Below are positions 9,961-21,906 of a stretch of DNA of 64,000 nucleotides, piece after piece. The stretch covers positions 16,419 through 80,418 of the forward strand of contig WHSU01000012.1 in NCBI GenBank assembly GCA_009379925.1, given 5' to 3'. Source of the stretch: Dehalococcoidia bacterium. GTDB taxonomy: Bacteria > Chloroflexota > Dehalococcoidia > UBA2979. A program made the position numbers and the translations under genes. Position 1 is the stretch's first letter; each line of letters opens with the position of its first letter. The notes beneath the pieces were generated by a model. The model did not search any database and was not told where the DNA came from. It worked only from the letters and a program-made list of their open reading frames with translations.

Positions 9961-10505
9961 CGCGGCCTGATGCGGCGGTCGCCGAGCGCCTGGAGGCGTG
10001 GCGGATGCGCCTCACGGCGTCGCGGGCGCGGCTGCTGGAGGCGTTGCGTGACGTGACCGAGCGCGACTTCGCTCAGGCGCTGGGCGAGCAGACTGTGGTG
10101 CAGGCGCTGGCCAGCCTGGCGCCCGCCGAACGGGCCTCGATGGAGGGTGCTGCTCGCGACGCGGGCGTCCCGACCGCCGAGGGGCCGCGTGGGCCGGCAC
10201 CGACGAAGGCTCTACCGCCACAGGTCATGCACGACCTGGCGGGGGCGCGATATGAGACGCTGCGGCTGCTCGAAGCCGCGGCCACGACGCAGCCACCGCC
10301 GGACCGCGCGCTCCTCGAGGCCGTCGACGCGGCTGTAGAGGCTGTGGCGCAGCGCGAGGAAGCGATGGCGGAGCGCATCGAGGGGCGGCCGGGCGGGCCA
10401 GACCCGCGGGATCCAATGGGGGGGAGACCCAACGACGACGTGAGATTTGCCGGATTCGGTGCTCCCCGGCCACCGAATCTCGTCCGAATTCGTAAGAGAC
10501 CGTAA
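9957..10505 (+). CDS. Hypothetical protein
   Basis: ORF overlapping the previous stop by 4 bp (ATGA). Protein-like composition, no family recognised. Confidence 0.4.
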   Translation: MTRPDAAVAERLEAWRMRLTASRARLLEALRDVTERDFAQALGEQTVVQALASLAPAERASMEGAARDAGVPTAEGPRGPAPTKALPPQVMHDLAGARYETLRLLEAAATTQPPPDRALLEAVDAAVEAVAQREEAMAERIEGRPGGPDPRDPMGGRPNDDVRFAGFGAPRPPNLVRIRKRP

Positions 10506-10540
10506 CGTTTCACCCTCCCCGGTGTCTGAGTAAGTAGACC

Positions 10541-12495
10541 ATGAGCACGATCGACGACATCAAGGCACGCCTCGACATTGTCGAGACGGTCGGGGGCTAC
10601 GTCCCCGACCTCAAAAAGGCCGGACGGACGTGGAAGGCGCGTTGCCCGTTCCACAACGAGCGCACGCCGTCCTTCGTTGTAGATCCCGAGCGGGGGACGT
10701 GGCACTGCTTCGGTTCCTGCTCCACGGGCGGGGACGTGCTGGAGTTCGTCCGGCGCGTCGAAGGCCTCGATTTCAAGGAGGCGCTGCGGCGCTGCGCCGA
10801 ACGTGCGGGCATCGAGTTGCGCGCGCCTACCCAGCGGGAGGTGGAGGAGCGCGAGCAGCACGAGCGGCTGTTGCAGGCGAACGAGGGGGCGGCCGTCTAC
10901 TTCCAGGCGGCGCTGGCCGGGGGCGAGGGAGCGGACGCCCGCGCGTACCTGGAGCGGCGCGGTGTGGACGCAGAGACGGCGAGCACGTGGCAGCTGGGCT
11001 ACGCGCCGGAGGGCTGGCGCGGGCTGGTGGACCACCTGACGGCGCGCGGCTTCACGGAGCAGGACCTGATCGAAGCCGGGCTGGCCATCGAGGGTGACCG
11101 GGGGGCATATGACCGCTTCCGGCACCGCCTGATCCTCCCCACGCGCGACCAGCGGCGGCGCCTGATCGGCTTCGGAGCGCGCGCGCTGCGCGCGGAGGAC
11201 GAGCCGAAGTACCTGAACACGCCGCAGACGCCGCTGTTCGACAAGAGCGGGAACCTCTACGGCCTGGACCGCGCCACCGAGCACATCCGCCGCGCGGACC
11301 AGGGAATCATCGTCGAGGGCTACATGGACGTGATCGCGGCACACCAGTTCGGCGTCGCCAACGTCGTGGCGTCCAACGGCACCTCGATCACGGAGAAGCA
11401 GATGGCGCTGCTCAAGCGCTTCACGCAGAACGTTGTGCTGGCGCTGGATGCCGACAACGCGGGCTCCGAGGCGACGCTGAGGGGCGTCGAGGTGGCGTCC
11501 GGGGCAGCAGACCGCATGACGGTCGCCACGGTGGACTGGCGAGGGCTGGTGTCCTACCAGGACGTGCTCCAGGCGGACATCCGCGTGGTGGCGCTGCCGG
11601 AAGGCGACGACCCTGACAGCCTCGTTCGACGTGACCCCGAGCAGTTCCGCGCGCTCGTGGCTGGCGCCCTGCCGGTGGCGGACCACCTCTTCGAGGCGGT
11701 GTCCGCTAAGACGGACCCGGCGGACGCGCGGGCGCGTTCACGCGCGCTCCAGGCGCTCGCGCCAACGGTCGAGGCGATGCGTGACCCTGTGGTACAATCT
11801 CATTATGTCCAGAAGCTTGCGCGCCTCGCGCAGGTGGACGAGCGTACGGTGATCCAATCACTGGCGCCGGTGCTGGCGCGTACCGGCAAGGCAGGCCCGC
11901 GGCCGGTGCCGGCCACGGCGGAGACAGCGCGTGCGCGGAGGCGTCCGAATCAGCCACCGGACGGCGAGACGCAGCTCCTCCAGCTCCTGCTCCAGCGCTC
12001 GGAATGCCGCGGCGCGGGCATAGAAATCGCTCCCGAGACGTTCGAGGACTCGACACATCGCGCCATATACGAAGCGTGGCGTCAGCGAGCAGACCTCGAT
12101 GACTCGGTCGAAGAACTCGATGATCTGCTACAGGAGCGGTACCGGGAGCTACGGACAGCGACGATCCCGGACTACGACCCCCGGCATCTGGGCGACATGG
12201 TGCGAGACATGGCCCAGCGACTACGACTGCAGCGGGCGCAGCGTCGATTGTCGGCGGTCGCGCGCGAACAGGCGGAGGCGCTTCGCTCCGCACGCCTCGG
12301 GGCCGGCCGTGCGGAGGCCGGCGTGGAGGCCGACGGAGCGGTCGCGACCGAAGTCGCGGAGCCGGAGGGGGACGAGCTGCCGGGCGAATTTGGAGAAACC
12401 ATCCGGCGTCAGCGCGAACTGACGCTGCAATACCAGGTAGCGATCGGGCGTCGACCCGCTTCGGCGGGCGGCGACGACGTACGAGAGGAGACACG

Positions 12496-12499
<4 letters not shown>
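10541..12499 (+). CDS. dnaG: DNA primase
   Basis: Zinc-binding [11 protein letters not shown]...HCFGSC, TOPRIM (EGYMDVIA). 652 aa. Confidence 0.95.
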
Positions 12500-14028
<1,529 letters not shown>

Positions 14029-14037
14029 GCAACTTCC

Positions 14038-14069
14038 CTCCCCTCTCGCGGCGAATCGGGAGAGGGGAG
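14038..14069 (+). terminator. Hairpin downstream of rpoD
   Basis: CTCCCCTCTC-12 nt-GAGAGGGGAG, a perfect 10-bp stem. No U-tract, so function uncertain. Confidence 0.3.
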
Positions 14070-14101
14070 CCGGGGGCGAGGGTTCGAGGGAGAGACAGCC
14101 T

Positions 14102-14344
14102 GTGCCGATCTACGAATACCGCTGCAAGAAGTGCGACACCCGCTTCGAGTTGATGCGCCGGCTGGCGCAGCGCGATAAGGCCGCCACCTGCTCGAACTGC
14201 GGTTCGAGGGCGACCGCGCGCGTGCAGGTCCAGCGCTTCGCCGTCGCCAGCGGGGCGGCCCCGGACATCATGGGCGGCGACGGAGACCCCGAGGACTTCG
14301 GGATGGACGATGACTTCGACATGGACGACGACTTCGACTTCTAG
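14102..14344 (+). CDS. FmdB-family zinc-ribbon protein with acidic DF-repeat tail
   Basis: [16 protein letters not shown]...CSNCGS (CxxC...CxxC zinc ribbon). C-terminal [19 protein letters not shown] start. Confidence 0.8.
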   Translation: MPIYEYRCKKCDTRFELMRRLAQRDKAATCSNCGSRATARVQVQRFAVASGAAPDIMGGDGDPEDFGMDDDFDMDDDFDF

Positions 14345-14368
14345 CCCTGGTCGCAATATGCAACGAGA

Positions 14369-14396
14369 ACACCCCGGCTCGCGCCGGGGTGTTTTG
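14369..14396. terminator. Rho-independent terminator (bidirectional position)
   Basis: ACACCCCGGC-tcgc-GCCGGGGTGT followed by TTTTG. Lies between convergent genes. Confidence 0.7.
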
Positions 14397-14414
14397 TCGT
14401 CGTGGACGCGTCAG

Positions 14415-14756
14415 CTACTCCTCGTAGTACCCCACGAAATCGAACGCGAACGAGACCACGACAACGATCGCAACGAGGATCAACAGGCTGGGAAGTATGA
14501 CCTCACGCCCGGCGATGACGCGGTATCCCTGCTGGCGGGCACCACCTGCGCGCCGCCGGTGCACCACCAGGGCGACCAGCGCGAACACGCGGAGGAGCAG
14601 TAGTCCCAAGTCCTCCGGTATGACTCGGGTCACTACCGCACCGGCCAAGGCGACGAAGGCCGTCGCCAGAGCCAGGTTCCCTCGCCAGTACACGCGGACG
14701 TTCTGCAGGGTCTGCGCCCAGGCACCCTTCTGTCGGTCGGACCTGTGTGTGCCCAT
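14415..14756 (-). CDS. Small integral membrane protein (hypothetical)
   Basis: 113 aa with three hydrophobic helices. Confidence 0.5.
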   Translation of the reverse strand: MGTHRSDRQKGAWAQTLQNVRVYWRGNLALATAFVALAGAVVTRVIPEDLGLLLLRVFALVALVVHRRRAGGARQQGYRVIAGREVILPSLLILVAIVVVVSFAFDFVGYYEE

Positions 14757-14800
14757 GACCCATGGTCGAATGCCGTGGACCGGACAAGTAGGGGCTCCGC

Positions 14801-15565
14801 TTACCCCTCGGCGGGTGGGCTTTCGGTGGCGGGGCGCGTCTCCATGGAGGGGCGGCCGCTACGCCAGCGCGGGCGGTCGCGGTCGAGCCAGGCGAGGTAG
14901 CCGACGCCGGCAAGGGCGAGCAGGCCGCCCTCCATGACCGTGAGCACACCGACGCCGATCGACACGTCGAACCAGAAGCCCTGCGGGAACATCTGGATCA
15001 GGTGGTCCGTCGCCGGGTCCAGGCGCCAGAAGTCGTTGGAGAACGACAGCAGGTGGAACTGCGTGAACAGCGAGTCGAAGCCCACGAGCATCGCGATCCC
15101 CGCGATGCCCAGCGCACCCGCCGTGACCACACCGGCGAGCACCGCCTGCCGCGCCAGGCGACGCATCGAGCGTTCGCGGCTCCAGAGGACGACCGCGGCG
15201 ATGTAGCCGGCGATGTAGACGAAGGCGATCTCATGGACGCGGAACGTGAGGTCGAAGAGCTGCTTCACGTCGCGCATGTGCAGCACTTCGCGCTGGTTGA
15301 ACAGCGGCTGTTGTTGGCCCTCGACGCTCACCCGGATGTCGAGCAGCGCGTCGCTGTCCGAACCCTGGAAGTAGCCCACGATCTCTCGTGCGGCGCGGTC
15401 CAGCTGGATGCGCTCGATGCCCGTGACGCCGGCCGCGTCGTACTGCGCGAAGGAGTACTCGAAGACGCGCGGCTCCAGCGCCGCGATGCGCACGTTGCTC
15501 AGCAGCAGGAAGATCGGGATCGCGGCGACGAAGAGGGCGGAGGCGATCCAGCGGGCAGCCAGCAT
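14801..15565 (-). CDS. Integral membrane protein, tentatively DUF1461/TIGR01906-like
   Basis: 254 aa, N-terminal TM plus three C-terminal TM helices. Family assignment from memory only. Confidence 0.45.
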   Translation of the reverse strand: MLAARWIASALFVAAIPIFLLLSNVRIAALEPRVFEYSFAQYDAAGVTGIERIQLDRAAREIVGYFQGSDSDALLDIRVSVEGQQQPLFNQREVLHMRDVKQLFDLTFRVHEIAFVYIAGYIAAVVLWSRERSMRRLARQAVLAGVVTAGALGIAGIAMLVGFDSLFTQFHLLSFSNDFWRLDPATDHLIQMFPQGFWFDVSIGVGVLTVMEGGLLALAGVGYLAWLDRDRPRWRSGRPSMETRPATESPPAEG

Positions 15566-15585
15566 CGCCCGATTATACTCGCCTC

Positions 15586-16599
15586 ATGCCGTCTGACCCC
15601 TCGACCCGTCGACCCGCCTCGCTAGACCGTGTGATCGAGGCGTTCAGCCTCGCTCCACATGCCGTGCAGTGCTTCGACCCCGCTGCGTCTGCCGGGATGC
15701 TCGGCAACGCGCAGCCTCGTTTCGACGCGCAGCGCCCGCTGCTGGTGCTCGCGCCACAGTTCGAGGTTGCGCGGGGGCACCTCGATGAGCGGTACCCGGC
15801 GGGGACGGCCGTCCGCGTGCTCGCCAGCGGCCAGGTGCGCGACGTCGCGCTCGATGCGCTGCCCGGCCACGCCGAGGCGTGGCTGCTACCCGCACTACCG
15901 CCCGAGGAGGACCTCCGCTCGCTCGACGGGCTGCGGGGGGTGATGGAGCGGCTGTTCGGCCCGGACGGCTGCCCGTGGGACCGCGAGCAGACAGCGGAGA
16001 CCTTGCGCCCGTTCTTCCTCGAGGAGTGCTACGAGCTGGTGGACGCCATCGACCGTGGTGACCACGAGGGGCTCCGCGAGGAGCTGGGCGACGTGTTCGC
16101 GCACCTGTTTATGCAGACAGCGATCGCGCAGGTCGAGGGGCGGTTCTCGGTCGAGGAGGTCGCAGCGTACGCCTCGGCGAAGTTCGTGCGGCGGCACCCT
16201 CATGTCTTCGGCGACGAGCAGGCGGAGGGCACGGAGCAGCTGCTGGGGCGCTGGGAGGAGATAAAGGCGGACGAACGCACAGCCCGAGGCGAGACGGGGG
16301 CCGAGGAACCGGGCGCGCTCGACTCGGTGCCGCGCGCGGCGCCCTCGCTGCAACGCGTGCAGGCGATGCTGCGACGCGCGGAGCGCACGGCGCCGGAGTT
16401 GGTGACGTGGATGGACCCCCGCGAGGCCGCGGCGTGGTTCGACGGGGAGTCGAACGAGGAGAACCTGGGCGAGCTGCTGTGGGCCGCCGTGGCGATTGCC
16501 AACGGCGCAGGAGTCGACGCCGAGGAGACGCTGCGCCGCCTCGCGAACCAGTTCGCGGCGGAGTTCGCGGAGCACGAGCGGGCACGCCGGACATCCTGA
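15586..16599 (+). CDS. mazG: Nucleoside triphosphate pyrophosphohydrolase MazG (with ~110-aa N-terminal region)
   Basis: MazG EEXXE-type motifs (LEECYELVDAI...ELGDVFAHL; second repeat later). 337 aa, similar to the long actinobacterial MazG. Confidence 0.85.
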   Translation: MPSDPSTRRPASLDRVIEAFSLAPHAVQCFDPAASAGMLGNAQPRFDAQRPLLVLAPQFEVARGHLDERYPAGTAVRVLASGQVRDVALDALPGHAEAWLLPALPPEEDLRSLDGLRGVMERLFGPDGCPWDREQTAETLRPFFLEECYELVDAIDRGDHEGLREELGDVFAHLFMQTAIAQVEGRFSVEEVAAYASAKFVRRHPHVFGDEQAEGTEQLLGRWEEIKADERTARGETGAEEPGALDSVPRAAPSLQRVQAMLRRAERTAPELVTWMDPREAAAWFDGESNEENLGELLWAAVAIANGAGVDAEETLRRLANQFAAEFAEHERARRTS

Positions 16600-16772
16600 G
16601 GCGGTGCGACGCCTCGATGCGGGGGCGCAGTAGGAAATCCTGTGCCTCGTGCTACACTCCGGCCGATGAGAGGGGCTGCCGTCCCCGATGCGGCCTCAAC
16701 GGCCGTGGCACCCACACGAACCAACGCGGATGCGACGCTTCGCAGCAAGCGGATGCAGCGATAGGAGCAACG

Positions 16773-17396
16773 ATGACCAACGCCACCTCAACCGTTACTC
16801 GGAAGGACGCCGCAGCGCGTCCGGACTCCGTGGTGACCCCCGAGCGATTCAGTCAGGGGATGACCAGCTTCGGGCAGTGGATGGACGCCATCGAGAAGAA
16901 CAAGGAGAACTTCCAGCGCCACTATGACGAGTTCCAGCCAGCCGCGGAGGACGTAGCTGAGTTGAAGGGCCTCGTCGAGGCGAACGGCGTCAAGGCGCTG
17001 GTGCTCGGTGAGGACTGGTGCCCCGATGTCTGGCGCGGCCTGCCGGTGGTCGCGAAGCTGGCCGAGCAGAGCGGCATGGAGCTGCGGGCGTTCCTGCGGG
17101 ACCAGAACAAAGACATCATGGCCGAGTTCCTGAAGGACGGGGAGTTCGAGTCGATCCCGACCATCGTGCTCTACGACCGCGACCACCGATACCTGGGCCA
17201 CTGGATCGAGCGGGCTGACCAGGCGAACGCGGAGATGGGGCCGCTGCGCGAGATCATGGCCGGCAAGGAGCGCGACACGCCGGAGTGGACCGAGGCCCGC
17301 GCGCAGTACACGGCGAAGACCTGGGAGCTGGCCGAGGGCTGGCGCCAGGCCGAGGTGAAGGAGCTGCTCGCGCTGCTCCACGAGGCGCTCGACTAG
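16773..17396 (+). CDS. Thioredoxin-fold protein
   Basis: RBS AGGAGCAA then ATG at 16773. Thioredoxin-like fold with a single Cys (DWCPDV). Track ORF start at 16407 is over-extended. Confidence 0.65.
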   Translation: MTNATSTVTRKDAAARPDSVVTPERFSQGMTSFGQWMDAIEKNKENFQRHYDEFQPAAEDVAELKGLVEANGVKALVLGEDWCPDVWRGLPVVAKLAEQSGMELRAFLRDQNKDIMAEFLKDGEFESIPTIVLYDRDHRYLGHWIERADQANAEMGPLREIMAGKERDTPEWTEARAQYTAKTWELAEGWRQAEVKELLALLHEALD

Positions 17397-17422
17397 CGCA
17401 TCGACGCCGCGACAGGCAGAAG

Positions 17423-17449
17423 AACGGGCCGCCCTGGGGGCGGCCCGTT
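17423..17449. terminator. Bidirectional terminator hairpin
   Basis: AACGGGCCGCC-ctggg-GGCGGCCCGTT followed by TTCG. Lies between convergent genes. Confidence 0.65.
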
Positions 17450-17482
17450 TCGTCGTACATCGTTGGCCCCGCGGGGCGCGCC

Positions 17483-18223
17483 CTACTCGTCGAGGGCGGT
17501 ACGGGCGATGGCGGGTCGCGGCGTGACGCGCGGACGCGGGGCGGCGTCCTCGTCCAGGTCCGCAGGCTCGTCCTCACGCTGAGCCGGGCGCCGAGCCGCG
17601 GTGGGGGCCGGCTGCGCTGCCTGTGCCTGCGCCGGCTGACGGGCGGCGGCCCTGACGGCGGCGGGACGCCGGCGCTCTTCGACCGACTCCTCCTCGTGCT
17701 CGTCGATCTCGTAGACCGGCTCGCGCCTCGGCAGTTCGCGCGCGGTGGCGCAGAAGGGGCAGTGACGCCAGGAGAACTGCAGGAGGTGGCCGCAGTTCTT
17801 GCAGGGCTGCTTCAGCTGCGTGGCGCAGTAGGCGCAGACCTGGAACTCGTCCTGCACAGGGCGGCGGCAGTTGGGGCACGCGCTAATCGAATGCAGCTCG
17901 GAGAGGATGGCTTCCTGCTCCAGCTGGCGGTCGTACGCCTCTTGCAGCGTCTCGCTCGGGCGTACCACGAGGTACACCGGCAGGCCGATGAGCGGGAAGA
18001 CGGTGGCGATGGCAACACCGGTGAGGTGAGAGATCGGGTCCCGCGTGCGTGAGCGGATGTCGCGGTAGACCCAGAGGATCGAGGCGAGCCACAGGACGAA
18101 GAGGTAGCCACCGACGACGACGGCGACGAGCCGCGCGGTCGACTCCCAGCTGCCACCGGGCCAGCCAATCAAGAGATCCACAAGATTGCCTCCGGTTTCC
18201 CCATGCCTGACAAAGGCTAACAC
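17483..18223 (-). CDS. Membrane protein with double zinc-ribbon domain
   Basis: Two TM helices followed by CPNC...CAYC...CKNC...CPFC. Start may be downstream of 18223. Confidence 0.5.
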   Translation of the reverse strand: MLAFVRHGETGGNLVDLLIGWPGGSWESTARLVAVVVGGYLFVLWLASILWVYRDIRSRTRDPISHLTGVAIATVFPLIGLPVYLVVRPSETLQEAYDRQLEQEAILSELHSISACPNCRRPVQDEFQVCAYCATQLKQPCKNCGHLLQFSWRHCPFCATARELPRREPVYEIDEHEEESVEERRRPAAVRAAARQPAQAQAAQPAPTAARRPAQREDEPADLDEDAAPRPRVTPRPAIARTALDE

Positions 18224-18366
18224 GGGCCAGCGTGATGGTCGTGGGGACGGCTTACGGGAAGGTTACATTCCAAACGCGTGGAATCCAGCGGCATTCCCGG
18301 TGATCGCGGCGCGAGGCCATCGGGCGCCGCACGCCCGTAGCCGGGCCTCGGGCTACACTGCGCCCG

Positions 18367-20652
18367 ATGGCCTCCGATCACCCGTTGCTTGCCAGCCTGA
18401 ACGAGGCCCAGCGTCACGCCGTGCAGGTGCGCGGCGGGCCGCTGATGATCCTGGCGGGACCCGGATCGGGAAAGACGCGCGTGATCGCGCACCGCATCGC
18501 CTACCTCGTGGAGGAGGTGGGCGTCCCCGGCTGGCGCATCCTGGCGGTCACCTTCACCAACAAGGCCGCGCGCGAGATGCGCGAGCGCGTGGAGGGCCTG
18601 CTGGGGGAACGCGCCCTCGAACTCACGATGGGCACCTTCCACTCGATTTGCGCGCGCATCCTCCGGCGCGACGGCTGGGCCATCGACCTGCCCACCGACT
18701 TCGCGATCTACGACACCGACGACCAGATGGCGCTGGTGAAGGTCATCCAGGCCAACCAGCACATCGACCCGAAGCGGTTCGCGCCTCGGGCGGTCCTCTC
18801 GGCGATCTCCTCGGCGAAGAATGAACGCCGTGACGCGCCGGCCTACGCGCGCGGCGTGGGCTCGTACTTCGAGGAGATCGTGGCGCGGGTCTACGAGGAC
18901 TACGAAGCGTCGCTGCGGCGCAACGGCGCCGTCGACTTCGACGACCTGCTCGGGCATGTGCTGAGGCTGTTCGAGGAGCACGAGGACGTGCTGCGCCGCT
19001 ACGCGGAGAAGTACGAGCACACGCTGATCGACGAGTTCCAGGACACGAACCTGGTGCAGTACGAACTGGCGCGCCTGCTGGCCTCGGTGCATCGCAACCT
19101 GACGGTGGTGGGCGACCCGGACCAGTCGATCTACTCGTGGCGCGCGGCGGACGTGCGGAACATCCAGAAGCTGCAGGCGGACTTCCCCGGCACGGAGGTG
19201 GTGCTGCTGGAGCAGAACTACCGCTCGACGGGCCACATCCTGCGGGCGGCGCACGCCATCATCTCGAAGGCCGAGGGGCGGCCGGAGAAGGGCCTCTGGA
19301 CCGACAACGCGGACGGCGCGCCGATCGTGGAATACGAGGCGCCGTACGGCGAGGAGGAGGGCCTCTTCATCGCCAGCGAGATCCGACGCCTGAGCCGTAC
19401 CGAGGACCGCCAGCCCGCGGAATTCGCGGTGATGTACCGCACGAACGCGCAGTCCCGCTCGGTCGAGGAGGCGTTCATCCAGCAGGCGATCCCGTACCGC
19501 ATCGTGGGCGGCACGCGCTTCTACGACCGCCGCGAAGTGCGGGACCTGATCGCCTACCTGCGGCTGGTACACAACGAGTTCGATTCGATCGCCTTCGAGC
19601 GTATCGCCAACGTGCCGGTGCGCGGCATCGGCGCGAAGACGATCGGCGAGGTGATGCGCGTGTCGTCCGAGCAGGACATCTCACCGCTGGCCGCCGCGAC
19701 GCGGCTCGCACGCGGCGACGACCCGAGCCTCCCCCAGCTGCGCGGCGACCTGCGCTCCTCGCTGGTGGTGTTCATCGAGCAGATCGACGGGGTGGCCGCC
19801 GACCGCGAGCGGGTGAGCGTCGCCGAGCTGCTCGACCGCATCATCGAGGTGACGGGCTACCACCAGCATCTCCAGAAGACGGACGGCGAGCACGCCGAGG
19901 TGCGCTGGGAGAACGTGCAGGAGCTGCGCTCGGTGGCCGCGCAGTACGTCGACGTGGTGGGCGGCGGCGACGATGGGACGTCGCTGTCGTCGTTCCTGGA
20001 GGAGGTCGCGCTGGTCTCCGATGTCGACGACCCGAGCGCGGACGCGCCGGCGGCCGTGACGCTGATCACGCTGCATTCCGCGAAGGGCCTGGAGTACCCG
20101 GTGGTGTTCATGCCGGGCATGGAGGAGACCCTGCTCCCGCACAAGCGCGCCGTCGAGGCGCAGCAGGCAGGCGACCGCTCCGAGATGGAGGAGGAGCGCC
20201 GGCTTTGCTACGTGGGCATGACCCGCGCACGAGAGCGCCTCTACCTGACGCGCGCCCGTCGCCGCTTCCTGTACGGCGACCTGCGCGCGAACCCGGCATC
20301 CAGGTTCCTGTCGGACATTCCGCAGGAGGAGGTGGTGGAGCCCACCGGCGCGCGACGCGCGGCGCCTCGGGAGGATGGCTGGGGCGACCGCGAGGCGGTG
20401 CCGGCAGGCGCCCCGGGCGTCTCACTGAGCCCTCGAGGGCTACGGGCGGCCGCGGCGGCGCGGCAGGCGCAGGAGTCGCAGTCGGAGACGCCGGTCTTCC
20501 AGCCGGGCGAGCGGGTGAAGCACTCGAAGTTCGGTCCCGGCGTGGTGATCGCGTGCGAGGTGGTCCCGGGAGACCAGCAGGTGACGGTCGCCTTCGAAGG
20601 GCAGGGCGTGAAGCGGCTGCTGCTCTCCTTCGCACCACTGGCGAAGGCCTAG
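18367..20652 (+). CDS. uvrD: ATP-dependent DNA helicase UvrD/PcrA
   Basis: Walker A GPGSGKTRV, SF1 helicase motifs (TFTNKAAREM, VDEFQDTN, YRS). 761 aa. Confidence 0.95.
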   Translation: MASDHPLLASLNEAQRHAVQVRGGPLMILAGPGSGKTRVIAHRIAYLVEEVGVPGWRILAVTFTNKAAREMRERVEGLLGERALELTMGTFHSICARILRRDGWAIDLPTDFAIYDTDDQMALVKVIQANQHIDPKRFAPRAVLSAISSAKNERRDAPAYARGVGSYFEEIVARVYEDYEASLRRNGAVDFDDLLGHVLRLFEEHEDVLRRYAEKYEHTLIDEFQDTNLVQYELARLLASVHRNLTVVGDPDQSIYSWRAADVRNIQKLQADFPGTEVVLLEQNYRSTGHILRAAHAIISKAEGRPEKGLWTDNADGAPIVEYEAPYGEEEGLFIASEIRRLSRTEDRQPAEFAVMYRTNAQSRSVEEAFIQQAIPYRIVGGTRFYDRREVRDLIAYLRLVHNEFDSIAFERIANVPVRGIGAKTIGEVMRVSSEQDISPLAAATRLARGDDPSLPQLRGDLRSSLVVFIEQIDGVAADRERVSVAELLDRIIEVTGYHQHLQKTDGEHAEVRWENVQELRSVAAQYVDVVGGGDDGTSLSSFLEEVALVSDVDDPSADAPAAVTLITLHSAKGLEYPVVFMPGMEETLLPHKRAVEAQQAGDRSEMEEERRLCYVGMTRARERLYLTRARRRFLYGDLRANPASRFLSDIPQEEVVEPTGARRAAPREDGWGDREAVPAGAPGVSLSPRGLRAAAAARQAQESQSETPVFQPGERVKHSKFGPGVVIACEVVPGDQQVTVAFEGQGVKRLLLSFAPLAKA

Positions 20653-20667
20653 ACAGGCTCCCGAGGG

Positions 20668-21831
20668 CTAACGTCGCGCCTCGGCGGGTGGCCCGCGGCG
20701 GTCGCTCCGGCGGACGCCGTCCATCATCGCTCGCAGCTCAAGCTGGCGGATGATGTCGCCGCGCGTGAGCAGCCCGACAAGGCGGCCGTCCTCGATGACC
20801 GGCACCTGGTGGATGTCGTGCTCCTGCATCAGCCGCATGGACTCCAGCACGCTGGTGTCCGGCTGCACCGTCACGACATCGGCGGACGGGACCATGGCAC
20901 GACCGGCGGGCATGGCGCCCCACTCGTCCCTGGGGACGCGGGTGAGGTCCGTGGTGGTGATCAGACCCACGACCTGACCGTCCCGGTGGACGAAGAGCGC
21001 GCGTTCGGCCTGCCCCAGCACGCGCTCGTCGACGATGCGCTGGACGGTCCAGTCCTCGCCCACGGGCTCGGGTGGTGCGCGCATTACGTCGGCCGCACGC
21101 AGCTTCTCGAGCGCCCGCTCGACGACCATCTGCTGGTAGGACGACTCGGACGCCTGCTTCAGGAAGAGGCCGATCAGCACGTACCAGAGGCCGGCCAGCG
21201 AGCCGAGGAAGACCACCGTGAGGATGCCGAGGATGATCATCACCCAGGCGATCCCACCGCCCACCGCGGACGCGATACGTGTCGCCCTCACCAGGTCCTT
21301 GGTGCGGGCCCAGACGATCGAGCGGAAGACGCGCCCGCCGTCGAGCGGGAAGCCCGGGAGCAGGTTGAACGCGCCGAGGACGAAGTTAATGAAGGCCAGG
21401 TAGAAGAGCACCTCGCCCGCGTTGCTGTCCGAGAAGACGAACGCGAGCGCCCCGAAGACGACCGCCAGCACCCAGGAGGCCAGTGGCCCCGCGATGGCGA
21501 TGCGGAACTCCTGCCCGGCCGTGCGCATCTCCCCACCGATGTTGGAGACGCCTCCGAAGATGAACAACGTGATCGAGGGCACGGCCATCCCGAACCCCTG
21601 GGCGACGAAGGCGTGCGAGAGTTCATGGAAGAGCACGGAACCGAAGAACAGCACGGACGTGCCGGCGGCCCATCCCCAGCGTTGCTGATCTGACCAGTCC
21701 GGAAACTCGGTCCCGAAGTAGCCCTCGGCGAGTGACCACGTGATCAGCGTGAATATGAAAATCCACGACCAGTGGACGCGGATCTCAATGCCCCGGATGG
21801 TGGCGATCTTGAAGCCGGTGGTCAGGTCCAT
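20668..21831 (-). CDS. Site-2 protease (M50) with CBS pair
   Basis: HELSHAF (HExxH) within TM helices. Tandem CBS domains at the C-terminus. Confidence 0.85.
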   Translation of the reverse strand: MDLTTGFKIATIRGIEIRVHWSWIFIFTLITWSLAEGYFGTEFPDWSDQQRWGWAAGTSVLFFGSVLFHELSHAFVAQGFGMAVPSITLFIFGGVSNIGGEMRTAGQEFRIAIAGPLASWVLAVVFGALAFVFSDSNAGEVLFYLAFINFVLGAFNLLPGFPLDGGRVFRSIVWARTKDLVRATRIASAVGGGIAWVMIILGILTVVFLGSLAGLWYVLIGLFLKQASESSYQQMVVERALEKLRAADVMRAPPEPVGEDWTVQRIVDERVLGQAERALFVHRDGQVVGLITTTDLTRVPRDEWGAMPAGRAMVPSADVVTVQPDTSVLESMRLMQEHDIHQVPVIEDGRLVGLLTRGDIIRQLELRAMMDGVRRSDRRGPPAEARR

Positions 21832-21906
21832 ACGAAGAGCATACCCGGCTCATCGACGCGCCACACGCTGCCCCGCGGTCCGTGCACGAGCCCGCGCGCC
21901 GCGGGA

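Noticed and set aside
10073-11686. 537-aa minus-strand ORF
   Set aside because: Antisense to dnaG.
18217-19572. 451-aa minus-strand ORF
   Set aside because: Antisense to uvrD.
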